Positions 30,622 to 39,556 of a DNA stretch of 64,000 bases are shown one piece after another (the first letter of the stretch is position 1; every line of letters starts with the position of its first letter). The position numbers and the translations under genes were made by a program. This DNA is from an uncultured bacterium (lineage in GTDB: Bacteria; Cyanobacteriota; Vampirovibrionia; Gastranaerophilales; Gastranaerophilaceae), in assembly GCA_950022495.1 (NCBI GenBank), contig CATLLJ010000003.1, positions 12,277 to 76,276 of the forward strand, given 5' to 3'. Below the pieces are notes generated by a model. That model was not told where the DNA came from, made no database searches, and saw only the letters and a program-made list of their open reading frames with translations.

Positions 30622-30768
30622 TCATTTTTTTGATTGTAATAGTATCTGTTCTGTTAATTTTAGCTTATCAGCTATAATATTTGAAAGTTCAATTCCGCTA
30701 TATTCTTTATCGTCTCCTAAAAGTTTAAGAACCGGATACATTAATTTTTCATAATCAGGTATTGCCAT
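30622..30768 (-). pseudogene. remnant of an Mrr-type restriction protein (N-terminal winged-helix part only)
   Basis: MAIPDYEKLMYPVLKLLGDDKEYSGIELSNIIADKLKLTEQ resembles the Mrr_N domain. The ORF stops after 48 aa and no nuclease domain follows. GGAGAAATA precedes the ATG at 30768. Confidence 0.45.
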
Positions 30769-30998
30769 TATTTCTCCTTCTATTCTTAAACTTATTGTTG
30801 CATTTATTTCTATAAAATGCACGCTTATGAATTTTGTAATACCTAGATATATAAAGTTTAACCGGATATATACAGTAGTTGAATATTATTTATTTTAATT
30901 TGTTTTATTGTTTATGTATATATAAAAAGCGGTTACCCCCGATTGTGATATGTTTTTAGTAATTCTATTGACAATATAATTAAAGTTTAGGAGGAATA

Positions 30999-32003
30999 AT
31001 GAACTGTAAAATTTCGGTGATAGTACCAGTTTATAATGTTGAGAACTATATTTCACAATGTATTGAAAGTATTATTAATCAAACTCTAAAAGATATAGAA
31101 ATAATTTGTATAAATGATGGTTCAACAGATTTATCAAAAGAAATACTTGAAAAATTTCAGAAAGAAGATGAGAGAATTATAATTGTCAATAAATGTAATG
31201 GCGGCTACGGTTCTTCTTGTAATGCAGGCTTAAACTTAGCAAAAGGCGAGTATGTCTGCATTGTTGAATCTGATGATTATATTGATAAAAATATGCTGCA
31301 AGATTTATATAATATTGCAAAGAAGAATGATACAGATATTGTCAAATCTGCTTATTATGAATTCAAAGATGATAACAATACTGTTACTAAAATCAACTGG
31401 AGTCAAGAGTATAAAATGCCGGTTGGAGTGTTTGAAATTAGCGACTGTACCCAGCTTGTTTATTTTCATCCGAGTATCTGGTCTTGTATTTATAAAAAAT
31501 CTTTTCTAGATAGGAATAATATTAGATTTGTTGAAGCAAAAGGTGCCGGCTGGGCAGATAATCCGTTTCAAATACAAACTTTATGTCTTGCTAAAAGAAT
31601 TTTTTATACGGATAATGCTTATTACTATTACAGGCTTACGAATCCGGCTTCTTCAAGCAACATTGTAAATATAAAAAATCCATTTGACAGAAGTGATGAG
31701 GTTCATGAGTTTCTTGATAAAAATAAAATAAGTGATAAAAATTTATATGCCCACTTATATAAGCGGGAAATGTCTTATATTGATATAGTATTAGGTGGAA
31801 TTTCTCCTGAATTATTCGACATAGCGTGCGAAAAGATTAATCAAATGGTAAAAAGAATGAATAAAGAAATATTGTATAACAATAAATTTGTAAATGATTA
31901 TGAAAAATCGGTTTATGAAAGCTGTCTGAGCAAAACTGGAATTTCAAAATTGATGCAAAGAATTCAGGAACAAAAAAGGAACCATGTCGTAGTCGGTGCG
32001 TAA
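30999..32003 (+). CDS. glycosyltransferase family 2
   Basis: ISVIVPVYNVENYI...INDGSTD and ESDD blocks. AGGAGG RBS. Confidence 0.85.
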   Translation: MNCKISVIVPVYNVENYISQCIESIINQTLKDIEIICINDGSTDLSKEILEKFQKEDERIIIVNKCNGGYGSSCNAGLNLAKGEYVCIVESDDYIDKNMLQDLYNIAKKNDTDIVKSAYYEFKDDNNTVTKINWSQEYKMPVGVFEISDCTQLVYFHPSIWSCIYKKSFLDRNNIRFVEAKGAGWADNPFQIQTLCLAKRIFYTDNAYYYYRLTNPASSSNIVNIKNPFDRSDEVHEFLDKNKISDKNLYAHLYKREMSYIDIVLGGISPELFDIACEKINQMVKRMNKEILYNNKFVNDYEKSVYESCLSKTGISKLMQRIQEQKRNHVVVGA

Positions 32004-32033
32004 ATAATATTATTTATAGTCAATATAAACACT

Positions 32034-32061
32034 AAAAAGAGGCTTTTAAAGCCTCTTTTTT
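32034..32061. terminator. bidirectional terminator between the GT2 gene and tRNA-Arg
   Basis: AAAAAGAGGC-ttttaaa-GCCTCTTTTTT. Confidence 0.7.
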
Positions 32062-32067
32062 CAAATT

Positions 32068-32141
<74 letters not shown>

Positions 32142-32558
32142 TTATGTTTCGTTGATTTATATGTCTTATACTAACATGTAAATTTTCATTTGCAAGTGTT
32201 TTTTTATTCTAAATCTATTTTGCATTACTAAAATTATTATGGTAACAACTATAGATAAAAGAAAAAGAGCCTGTTAAAGCTCTTAATAATTGGAAGTATG
32301 AAAAAGATTTTTGTTATTTGCTTATACTATTAAAATAAATAAGTTTCATTTTTACAACTATACTAATGGCTAGTATTTTTTTCTACCGGTGCTATATTAA
32401 ATTATATGAAGTCGTTATTTAATACAGGCTAAATCCTGCTATTATCGTGTTTTTGGTATTAAATTTTAAATTACTTTTTTATTTTAATTCTTTTTACATC
32501 AGTTTATGTTTAATATATAATTTTCTCATATAAATATTACAATTTAGAGGGAAAGATT

Positions 32559-35159
32559 ATGCTAAGCGGAAATGAAATTAGAAAATTATATTTAGATTAC
32601 TTTAAAGATAAACATCAACATACAGTTGTTGAAAGTTCAAGCCTTGTGCCGGATAATCCTACTGTTTTACTTACAACTGCAGGTATGTTGCAGTTCTTAC
32701 CTATATTTTTAGGAATTGTAAAATCTCCGTATGATCCTGCACGTGCGACTTCTTGCCAAAAATGTGCTAGAGCAGGAGGTAAGGATTCAGATATCGAAAA
32801 TGTTGGACGTACTCCTCGCCACCATACATTTTTTGAAATGTTAGGTAATTTTTCTTTTGGAGATTATTATAAAAAAGAAATTATCCCGTGGGCTTGGGAA
32901 TTTGTAACCGAAGTTCTAAAGCTTGATAAAGACAGACTTTGGATTACTATTTTTGAAACTGACGATGAAGCTTATGATATTTGGAGAAGTGTCGGTGTCC
33001 CTACAGAACGTATTAAACGTAAAGGCAAGAAAGATAATTTCTGGGGACCTCCGGGGGCTTCCGGTTCTTGCGGTCCTTGTTCTGAAATTCACTACGATTT
33101 AGGTGAACAATATAAATGTGATCACCCGAATTGTGGTATTGATACCTGTGAATGCGATAGATGGGTTGAAATCTGGAACCTTGTGTTTACTGAGCTTTAT
33201 CAGGATGAAGAAGGTAATCAATCACCTTTGGAATCTAAAAACGTTGATACAGGTATGGGTTTAGAACGTATTACAATGGTTTGTCAGGGCGTTGCTTCAA
33301 CTTTTGAAACCGATCTTTTGAAACCTATAATGGATAAGGTTTCAGAGATGTGCGGTGTTCCTTATAAAAAATCAGAAAAGACTGATGTATCTCTAAGAAT
33401 TATCACTGACCACGCAAGATGTGTATCATTCTTGATTTCTGACGGCGTAATTCCTGGCAATGAAGGAAGAAGCTATGTTCTTCGTATGATTTTGAGACGT
33501 GCTTTACGTCACGGTAAAATTTTAGGTATGGAATTGCCGTTCTTGTATAAACTTGTTGATGTAATTCTTGAACATTACGGCGAAGCTTATCCTGAACTTG
33601 TAAAAAATAAACAAAAAGTTATTGATACAATTAGAAAAGAAGAAGAAAGATTCAATAAAACTCTGGATAGAGGTTACAAAATGCTTGATGAATTTATTGA
33701 ATCTAAAAAAGATATTGACGGTGAAAGTGCATTTAAACTTTATGATACTTTTGGTTTCCCGTTTGAATTGACAAAAGAAATTGCAGATGAAAACGGATTA
33801 AAAGTTGATGAAGCTGGTTTTAAAGCTGCAATGCAGGAACAAAAAGACCGTGCAAAAGCTGCAACTGCTAAAATTAGTGTAACCGGTGATATCAAATATG
33901 CAAAAATCGAACAGGAAGTAGGTTCTACTGAATTTATCGGATATACTGAAAATGAATGCTCTGACGCTAAGATTTTGGCTCAGGTTGAAGGCGAAGGATA
34001 TGTTGATATTATTTTAGACAAAACTCCTTTCTATGCTGAGTGCGGCGGTCAAACAGGTGACAGCGGTATTCTGGAAAGTGAAAATCTTAAAGCTGAAGTT
34101 TTAACATCTTTCAAAGTAAATGATTTATATGTTCACAGATGTGAAATTTTAAATGGTGAAGTTGTAATCGGCGATGTGGTAAAAGCTTGTATTGATTACC
34201 CTCGTCGTGAAGAAATTCGTGTTCATCACACATCTGCTCACTTGTTGCAGGCTGCTTTGATTAAGGTTGTTGGTGATGAAGTTAAACAAGCAGGTTCACA
34301 GGTTGAAGAAAATCGTATGAGATTTGACTTTACATTCTCCAGAGCAATGACTCCTGACGAAATCAGAAAAACTGAAAACCTTATGAATAAATGGATTGGT
34401 GCAGGTTATTGCGTTAATACTAAAGTTATGGGTATTAAAGAAGCCGAAATGACAGGTGCTACTGCATTATTTGGTGAAAAATACGGTGATGAAGTCCGCG
34501 TTGTTTCAATTGAAAAAGACGGAGAATGCATTTCAAAAGAATTCTGTGCAGGAACTCATGCAAGACAGTTAAAAGATTTGAGACTGGTTAAGATTCTTTC
34601 AGAAAGTGCAATTGCTGCAGGCACAAGACGTATTGAACTTGTTGTATCTAATGCTGCAATTGAATATTTGAACGCAAAATCTGCTGAAATGGATAAACTT
34701 TCTGCAAAATTCAAATCTCATTTTGAAGATGTTGTGGAAAGAGTTGAAAAACTATCAGAAGAAAATCGAGATCTTCAAAAGCAAATTGAAAAACTTGAAG
34801 AAGAAAATGCAAGAACAAAATTTGCATCTTCTATTGATAGAGCACAGGATATTGAAGGCGGAAAATTGTTTATTTCAAAGGTTGCAGTAAAACCTTTAGG
34901 TATGAAAATCGGTCTGGAATTCTTGTCTCAAAAACTTGGAGAAAGCATTGTTATTCTTGCCGGAGAAACTTCTGTTGCTGTTAAAGTTTCTGACAGTTTT
35001 GTTAAAAAAGGCGTAAATGCCAGTAAAATTGTTGGTGAAATTGCAAGAGCAACCGGAGCAAATGGCGGAGGACGCCCTAATTTTGCTCAAGGCGGTGTTA
35101 AAGATGCTTCAAAATTAGACGAAGTTCTAACAAAAATAGAATCAGAATTAAAAATGTAA
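32559..35159 (+). CDS. alaS: alanine--tRNA ligase
   Basis: 866 aa with the FFEMLGNFSFGDYYK, WGPPG..G.CGPCSEIH and HTSAHLL blocks. Confidence 0.95.
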   Translation: MLSGNEIRKLYLDYFKDKHQHTVVESSSLVPDNPTVLLTTAGMLQFLPIFLGIVKSPYDPARATSCQKCARAGGKDSDIENVGRTPRHHTFFEMLGNFSFGDYYKKEIIPWAWEFVTEVLKLDKDRLWITIFETDDEAYDIWRSVGVPTERIKRKGKKDNFWGPPGASGSCGPCSEIHYDLGEQYKCDHPNCGIDTCECDRWVEIWNLVFTELYQDEEGNQSPLESKNVDTGMGLERITMVCQGVASTFETDLLKPIMDKVSEMCGVPYKKSEKTDVSLRIITDHARCVSFLISDGVIPGNEGRSYVLRMILRRALRHGKILGMELPFLYKLVDVILEHYGEAYPELVKNKQKVIDTIRKEEERFNKTLDRGYKMLDEFIESKKDIDGESAFKLYDTFGFPFELTKEIADENGLKVDEAGFKAAMQEQKDRAKAATAKISVTGDIKYAKIEQEVGSTEFIGYTENECSDAKILAQVEGEGYVDIILDKTPFYAECGGQTGDSGILESENLKAEVLTSFKVNDLYVHRCEILNGEVVIGDVVKACIDYPRREEIRVHHTSAHLLQAALIKVVGDEVKQAGSQVEENRMRFDFTFSRAMTPDEIRKTENLMNKWIGAGYCVNTKVMGIKEAEMTGATALFGEKYGDEVRVVSIEKDGECISKEFCAGTHARQLKDLRLVKILSESAIAAGTRRIELVVSNAAIEYLNAKSAEMDKLSAKFKSHFEDVVERVEKLSEENRDLQKQIEKLEEENARTKFASSIDRAQDIEGGKLFISKVAVKPLGMKIGLEFLSQKLGESIVILAGETSVAVKVSDSFVKKGVNASKIVGEIARATGANGGGRPNFAQGGVKDASKLDEVLTKIESELKM

Positions 35160-35236
35160 TTGTAAATTTATTATAAACTCTGGCAAAAGTTTATTTGTCA
35201 GGGTTTATAATTTTATATAAAAGTAAGGAGGTCACA

Positions 35237-35491
35237 ATGAATAAGGTCAATTTATTTTATCCATTTGATAAAGGATTTTTCGGTAAAACCTTGATGAGTC
35301 CTATGGAACGGGTAATTAAACAGGGGAAACCTTCAAAAGTGGAAATGAGCAGTATTGATGATTTTAATAAATATTTTGCAGATAAGTTATTTCATTGTCC
35401 ACTGGAAAGGAGTCCAAAGGCTGATGTCCTTGATGTGAAAGCCGATTTGGATGAAACCCGAGTTGTTAATGATTTAGTCGAACTGTTTTAA
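35237..35491 (+). CDS. hypothetical protein
   Basis: 84 aa from the ATG at 35237, preceded by AAGGAGG. The ORF track starts at 35195. Confidence 0.45.
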   Translation: MNKVNLFYPFDKGFFGKTLMSPMERVIKQGKPSKVEMSSIDDFNKYFADKLFHCPLERSPKADVLDVKADLDETRVVNDLVELF

Positions 35492-35575
35492 TTGAAATTA
35501 AATTAATAATTTTACAAAAATATCTTCATGCTTTATTATAAAGGAGAAGATATTTTTTGTTGGAAGGAGAATAAA

Positions 35576-36013
35576 ATGACAGTTTTAAAAATTGAAAAAT
35601 TACCACATAATCAGGTTTTGCCTGAATATAAAACAGAAGGTGCCGCAGGAATGGATTTATGTGCAGCAATTTCTGAACCATTAACACTTAAGCCGCTGGA
35701 AAGAACTCTTATTCCTACGGGATTAAAAATAGAATTAGAACACGGATACGAAGCTCAAATAAGACCTCGTTCCGGAATGTCTATTAAACATGGCATTACT
35801 CTGATTAATTGTGTAGGGACAATAGATGAAGATTATAGAGGTGAAGTTTGTGTCCCGGTTGTAAATATTTCTAATGAAACGTATACTATTGAACCGCAGG
35901 AAAGAATTGCACAAATGATTATTGCAAGAGTAGAGCAGGCTAAAATCGAGGTTGTAACAGAACTAACTGAAACTGTTCGCGGAGCCGGCGGATTTGGTTC
36001 TACAGGTAAATAA
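35576..36013 (+). CDS. dut: dUTP diphosphatase
   Basis: GAAGMDL, RPRSG and GTIDEDYRGE blocks, with a C-terminal RGAGGFGSTG. The start is at ATG 35576, after GGAAGGAG. Confidence 0.9.
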   Translation: MTVLKIEKLPHNQVLPEYKTEGAAGMDLCAAISEPLTLKPLERTLIPTGLKIELEHGYEAQIRPRSGMSIKHGITLINCVGTIDEDYRGEVCVPVVNISNETYTIEPQERIAQMIIARVEQAKIEVVTELTETVRGAGGFGSTGK

Positions 36014-36106
36014 ATCCATTTCTTATAGGATTACAATTTAATTTTATTGATATAGCATTTTGTTATTACAACTAATGGTTGTTAGTTATGAAAGGAGATT
36101 TAGAGT

Positions 36107-36493
36107 ATGTCAGAAGAATTAAAAAACTTGGAAGGTAAAAACTGGGTTGCAACTATGATGCTTTGTTGGACTTTGGGTGGACTTGGGGCTCATAGATTTT
36201 ACACAGGAAAAACAACTACTGCATGGGTAATGTTTGCAATGTCTATTACCTGCTGTTTAGCTCCAATTTCAGCTATTTGGGCTATAGTTGACGGGTTTAT
36301 GATTGCATTAGGCAACTGGAAAACTGAAGATGGAAGCGAATTATATGAAAGAATTCCATTACTTGGTTATTTATATATTGCTATGATTATATTGGCTCTT
36401 TTATATGTTGTTATCCAACTAGTATTAACCGGAGCAGTTTTAGGCGGTGCTATGGCTGGTGCTGGTTCATCAATGCCTCCTGTTACTCCATAG
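36107..36493 (+). CDS. TM2 domain-containing membrane protein
   Basis: LGGLGAHRFYTGKT motif and multiple TM helices. Confidence 0.7.
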   Translation: MSEELKNLEGKNWVATMMLCWTLGGLGAHRFYTGKTTTAWVMFAMSITCCLAPISAIWAIVDGFMIALGNWKTEDGSELYERIPLLGYLYIAMIILALLYVVIQLVLTGAVLGGAMAGAGSSMPPVTP

Positions 36494-36517
36494 TTGTAGT
36501 GTTTAAATATTTAAAGG

Positions 36518-36550
36518 AAAGCTGTATCGGAAATTTCGGTACAGCTTTTA
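36518..36550 (+). terminator. terminator-like hairpin
   Basis: AAAGCTGTA-tcggaaatttcgg-TACAGCTTT followed by TA. Confidence 0.5.
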
Positions 36551-36559
36551 TAAAAAGTT

Positions 36560-36850
36560 ATGCTTAATAAGAATATTATAATTTTAAAACGCATTTTTAT
36601 TGTATGTCTGCCAATTTTATTTGTTGTTCTTGTGAATATTGCAGCTAATGCACATTTGAAAAATTTTTGTCTCATAAAATTACTGACAGGACATGAATGT
36701 TGGGGCTGTGGATTGACCCGTGCATTTGCGGCATTGAGTCATTTTCAATTTGTGCAGGCGTATGAGTATAACCACCTGATAGTTATAATTGCACCTATTC
36801 TTTTAATTATCTGGGTTATAATTTTACGGGAAAATTTTTATACAAAATAA
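36560..36850 (+). CDS. DUF2752 domain-containing membrane protein
   Basis: HECWGCGLTRAF (CPxCGxTR-like) motif and the typical size. Confidence 0.6.
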   Translation: MLNKNIIILKRIFIVCLPILFVVLVNIAANAHLKNFCLIKLLTGHECWGCGLTRAFAALSHFQFVQAYEYNHLIVIIAPILLIIWVIILRENFYTK

Positions 36851-37204
36851 TTATCTGCTTAAAAATATTTTTAATCTATCTAACCAATTATATCCTCTGC
36901 ATCTTGTTACGCTTAATAAATCTAATCGGTTATCTTTGATAATATAATCTCTAGCTTTTCTTGTCTTTGGATATAGTCTGTTCTTTGTATTATCTAAAAT
37001 ATCTATTAAGTATTTCATTCTCGGATTTAGTTTATGAAATCTGTTTTGGGATTTTAATACATACTGTTGTTCCGCAATGCCTCCAATTGTAGGATTCCAG
37101 ATGCATTCATCAAGGTGTTTTGCGTAATTGGCTCTTCCCATAGTTGAATTGTTTGAAGCCAGCATTGCATGTTGTATTACTTTTTGAAGTCTTATATTAT
37201 TCAT
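36851..37204 (-). CDS. hypothetical protein, paralog A of a tandem pair
   Basis: Shares Y.(K)HL(D/E)(E/D)CI.NPT.G.IA.QQ and LYP.T.K.RDYIIK..RL.L..VT.C..YNW.D.L.I.L with 37442..37858. Confidence 0.55.
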   Translation of the reverse strand: MNNIRLQKVIQHAMLASNNSTMGRANYAKHLDECIWNPTIGGIAEQQYVLKSQNRFHKLNPRMKYLIDILDNTKNRLYPKTRKARDYIIKDNRLDLLSVTRCRGYNWLDRLKIFLSR

Positions 37205-37273
37205 AATTTTCTCATTTTCTCTTTTATATATTATAGTATAAAACCCGTGAATATATTTTTTGCTAAGAAATTT

Positions 37274-37345
37274 CCAATAAAAAAGGAACCGGTTAAGGTT
37301 CCATTATTTTATAGTAGTAGGGGAAAAGGAGGAAAATTATTAGTT
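37274..37345 (-). repeat. conserved noncoding block, copy 1: CU-rich tract plus terminator-like hairpin
   Basis: The minus strand reads AACTAATAATTTTCCTCCTTTTCCCCTACTACTATAAAATAATGGAACCTTAACCGGTTCCTTTTTTATTGG. It lies 70-140 nt upstream of paralog A. Confidence 0.6.
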
Positions 37346-37441
37346 AGAATTTATTATCTGTTTTCTTACATAATAATTATCGGAACCTTTTCTTGCTAAC
37401 TTTAATTATTTATATTGTTTATTAAGAAATCTTTACAATAT

Positions 37442-37858
37442 TTAGTGGTGTAATATTATTCTTAACTTATCAAACCAATTATAATGTTGGCATTTTGTCA
37501 CTGTTTCCAATTTAAGTCTTCCGCTTTTAATGATGTAATCTCTAATTTTACTTGTTCTAGGATATAAAGTCTTGATTGTATCGTCAAGCTTTTTTAAAAG
37601 GGGTTTAATTTCAGGCTGTCTGTTCATTATCTGCTGATTTATCCAGGCACCTTCGCTCTCATCTATTGCGTTAACTATAAATTGTTGTTGTGCTATTTTC
37701 CCTCTGGTCGGATTTTGTATACAATCTTCTAAATGAGCTTTGTAAAAATCAACGTCATATATTGATGCTATTGTTCTTGAATCCATAAACGAACGAGTTC
37801 GTTGTGCATTTAATTTGATTTGGTTAATTTGTGCCTGATTATTTATTGTTGTAGTCAT
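37442..37858 (-). CDS. hypothetical protein, paralog B of a tandem pair
   Basis: The start is taken at ATG 37858 (MTTTINNQ...), preceded by AGGAGG at 9 nt. The ORF track starts at a TTG at 37891. Confidence 0.6.
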   Translation of the reverse strand: MTTTINNQAQINQIKLNAQRTRSFMDSRTIASIYDVDFYKAHLEDCIQNPTRGKIAQQQFIVNAIDESEGAWINQQIMNRQPEIKPLLKKLDDTIKTLYPRTSKIRDYIIKSGRLKLETVTKCQHYNWFDKLRIILHH

Positions 37859-37937
37859 TAATAAGTGCCTCCTATAAGGTTTAAAATTCAAACATAAAAA
37901 TTTTTAACAGCTGTTTTATATTTGTTACAAAAAATAA

Positions 37938-38002
37938 CCAATAAAAAAGGAACCTGTTAGGGTTCCGTTATTATAGTAGGGGAAAAGGAGGAAAAATTAG
38001 TT
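37938..38002 (-). repeat. conserved noncoding block, copy 2: CU-rich tract plus terminator-like hairpin
   Basis: The minus strand reads AACTAATTTTTCCTCCTTTTCCCCTACTATAATAACGGAACCCTAACAGGTTCCTTTTTTATTGG. It differs from copy 1 by 3 substitutions and 4 short indels. Confidence 0.6.
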
Positions 38003-38170
38003 TTGTTTAATTACATTTTAGATATCGGCTTATTTTTATAATTCTTTAATTTTTTTGATGTAATTGTTAAGAAATGTTTCAGATATATACTTTTTAGATA
38101 AAAATTACGCAATTTTTAAATCTAAAAATACTTAATATAAATGTAAGGGAATTCTAAGGGGACAATGATT

Positions 38171-38341
38171 ATGGCAAACGGATATGAAATGATAACAGTA
38201 AATGAATTTGTAAACGAATTAGATAATGTTAAATATACTTCTGGTGCAGAATATAAAATCGAAAAAGAAGTTGAAAAATACTTATTGAACCAAAAAAGAT
38301 ATGAAACTAACGCAAAAATCGTTGAAGCATTATTAGCATAG
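38171..38341 (+). CDS. 56-aa hypothetical protein (not in the track)
   Basis: TAAGGGG lies 9 nt before the ATG. It encodes MANGYEMITVNEFVNELDNVKYTSGAEYKIEKEVEKYLLNQKRYETNAKIVEALLA* and is followed by a strong hairpin with a T run. Confidence 0.5.
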   Translation: MANGYEMITVNEFVNELDNVKYTSGAEYKIEKEVEKYLLNQKRYETNAKIVEALLA

Positions 38342-38362
38342 TCGAAGTTAAACAAAGTTTAA

Positions 38363-38393
38363 AGGGCATTGATTTTAAATCAAAGCCCTTTTT
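38363..38393. terminator. bidirectional terminator hairpin
   Basis: GGGCATTGATTT-t-AAATCAAAGCCC (one mismatch) followed by TTTTT. It sits between the small plus-strand ORF and the minus-strand HxlR gene. Confidence 0.6.
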
Positions 38394-38399
38394 GATTGG

Positions 38400-38720
38400 T
38401 TATTTGGTATAATTTTCGCCCCATTTTTTCATTTCTAATAATATAGGAATTATACTTTTTCCTGTTTCAGTCAGCGAATATTCAACTTTAGGCGGAACAA
38501 CAGGGTACACTTTTCTTTTTATAAGTCTGTCGGTTTCCAGTTCTCGAAGTTGAGCAATTAGCATTTTCGCTGTAACTGGTGTCAGCATTTTTTGAAGTTC
38601 GCTGTATCTTAATTTTTTATTTTCATATAAATACCATAATATAATCGGTTTATATTTCCCTCCGATAATATTTAATGTTATTCCTACAGGACAATTAAAT
38701 TTTTCCAGCTTATTTTTCAT
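38400..38720 (-). CDS. HxlR-family winged-helix transcriptional regulator
   Basis: CPVGITLNIIGGKYKPIILWYL...RYSELQKML..VTAKMLIAQLRELETDRLIKRKVYPVVPPKVEYSLTETG. It is divergent from a flavoprotein gene. Confidence 0.8.
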   Translation of the reverse strand: MKNKLEKFNCPVGITLNIIGGKYKPIILWYLYENKKLRYSELQKMLTPVTAKMLIAQLRELETDRLIKRKVYPVVPPKVEYSLTETGKSIIPILLEMKKWGENYTK

Positions 38721-38824
38721 ATATATTTTTATTCTTTCTTTTTCTATAGTATATAACAAAAAAGTAAATACTTGTAAAAATGGAAATTTTATTCGAGAAT
38801 AATCAAATAAGAATAGGAGGAAAT

Positions 38825-39496
38825 ATGACTAACAAAAAAATATGTATAGTAAATGGAAGTCCAAGAAATAGTTGGAATACTGCTAAAATGTGTCAAAGTT
38901 TTGCACAGGGCGTTACTGATATTGGGCTTGAAGTTGAAATTATAAATTTGTACGATATTGATTTTAAGGGTTGCCGCAGTTGTTTTGCCTGTAAATTGCG
39001 TAATGGCAAAAATTATGGAAAATGTGCATATCCGGATGGGTTAAAAGATATTTTGGATAGGGTTTCAGGGGCTGATGGAATTGTTTTTGCTTCGCCTGTT
39101 TATTTTGGAGAAGTTACGGGTGTGATGAAATCGTTTTCTGAAAGGTTATTTTTCCCATTTGTTACTTATGATGAAAAATTTACACCTATTCCTCCTAAAA
39201 ATTTGAAAACCGCAGTAATATATACTATGAATGTTGATAAGTCTATATTTGAAACATCATATCTTGGTGATAACAACTGCGGTCCTATAGGATTGTTTGA
39301 AAATTGGATAAGTCATATTTACGAACAGCCTCAGCGTATATGTGCATTTAATACATATCAGTTTTCTGATTATAATAAATATGTCGCGGATGTTTTTGAT
39401 GAAACTCAAAAAGCAAAACAGCGAGATGAAGTTTTTCCGCAAGACTTACAAAAAGCATATCTAGCCGGAGAAAACATGGCAAAAGAATTGTTGTAA
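38825..39496 (+). CDS. flavodoxin-like fold NAD(P)H-dependent FMN reductase/iron-sulfur flavoprotein family
   Basis: ICIVNGSPRNSWNT, a CRSCFAC cysteine cluster and FASPVYFGEVTG. The start is at ATG 38825, after TAGGAGG. Confidence 0.65.
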   Translation: MTNKKICIVNGSPRNSWNTAKMCQSFAQGVTDIGLEVEIINLYDIDFKGCRSCFACKLRNGKNYGKCAYPDGLKDILDRVSGADGIVFASPVYFGEVTGVMKSFSERLFFPFVTYDEKFTPIPPKNLKTAVIYTMNVDKSIFETSYLGDNNCGPIGLFENWISHIYEQPQRICAFNTYQFSDYNKYVADVFDETQKAKQRDEVFPQDLQKAYLAGENMAKELL

Positions 39497-39505
39497 AAGT
39501 ATACC

Positions 39506-39545
39506 AAAAAGCGAGCCTGATATATTATATCAGGCTCGCTTTTTG
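39506..39545. terminator. bidirectional terminator
   Basis: AAAAAGCGAGCCTGATAT-attat-ATCAGGCTCGCTTTTT between convergent genes. Confidence 0.75.
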
Positions 39546-39556
39546 GTTGAGTGAAT

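Noticed and set aside
30823-30998. Promoter call at TTGACAATATAAT upstream of the GT2 gene
   Set aside because: The -35-like and -10-like hexamers overlap instead of being 16-18 nt apart. No convincing alternative spacing was found.
32146-32558. A 410-bp AT-rich spacer upstream of alaS, considered as a possible T-box leader or other riboswitch
   Set aside because: I saw no specifier-loop/T-box (UGGNACC-type) arrangement, no terminator/antiterminator pair and no GC-enriched helices. The only hairpin is short (AGAGC/GCTCT). I left it unannotated.
37169-37399. 76-aa plus-strand track ORF across the intergenic repeat
   Set aside because: It spans the conserved noncoding block and the start of paralog A in antisense. 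It has no counterpart ORF at the second repeat copy.
38122-38355. 77-aa minus-strand track ORF
   Set aside because: It is a low-complexity hydrophobic translation with no RBS. The opposite strand carries a 56-aa ORF with an RBS and a terminator.
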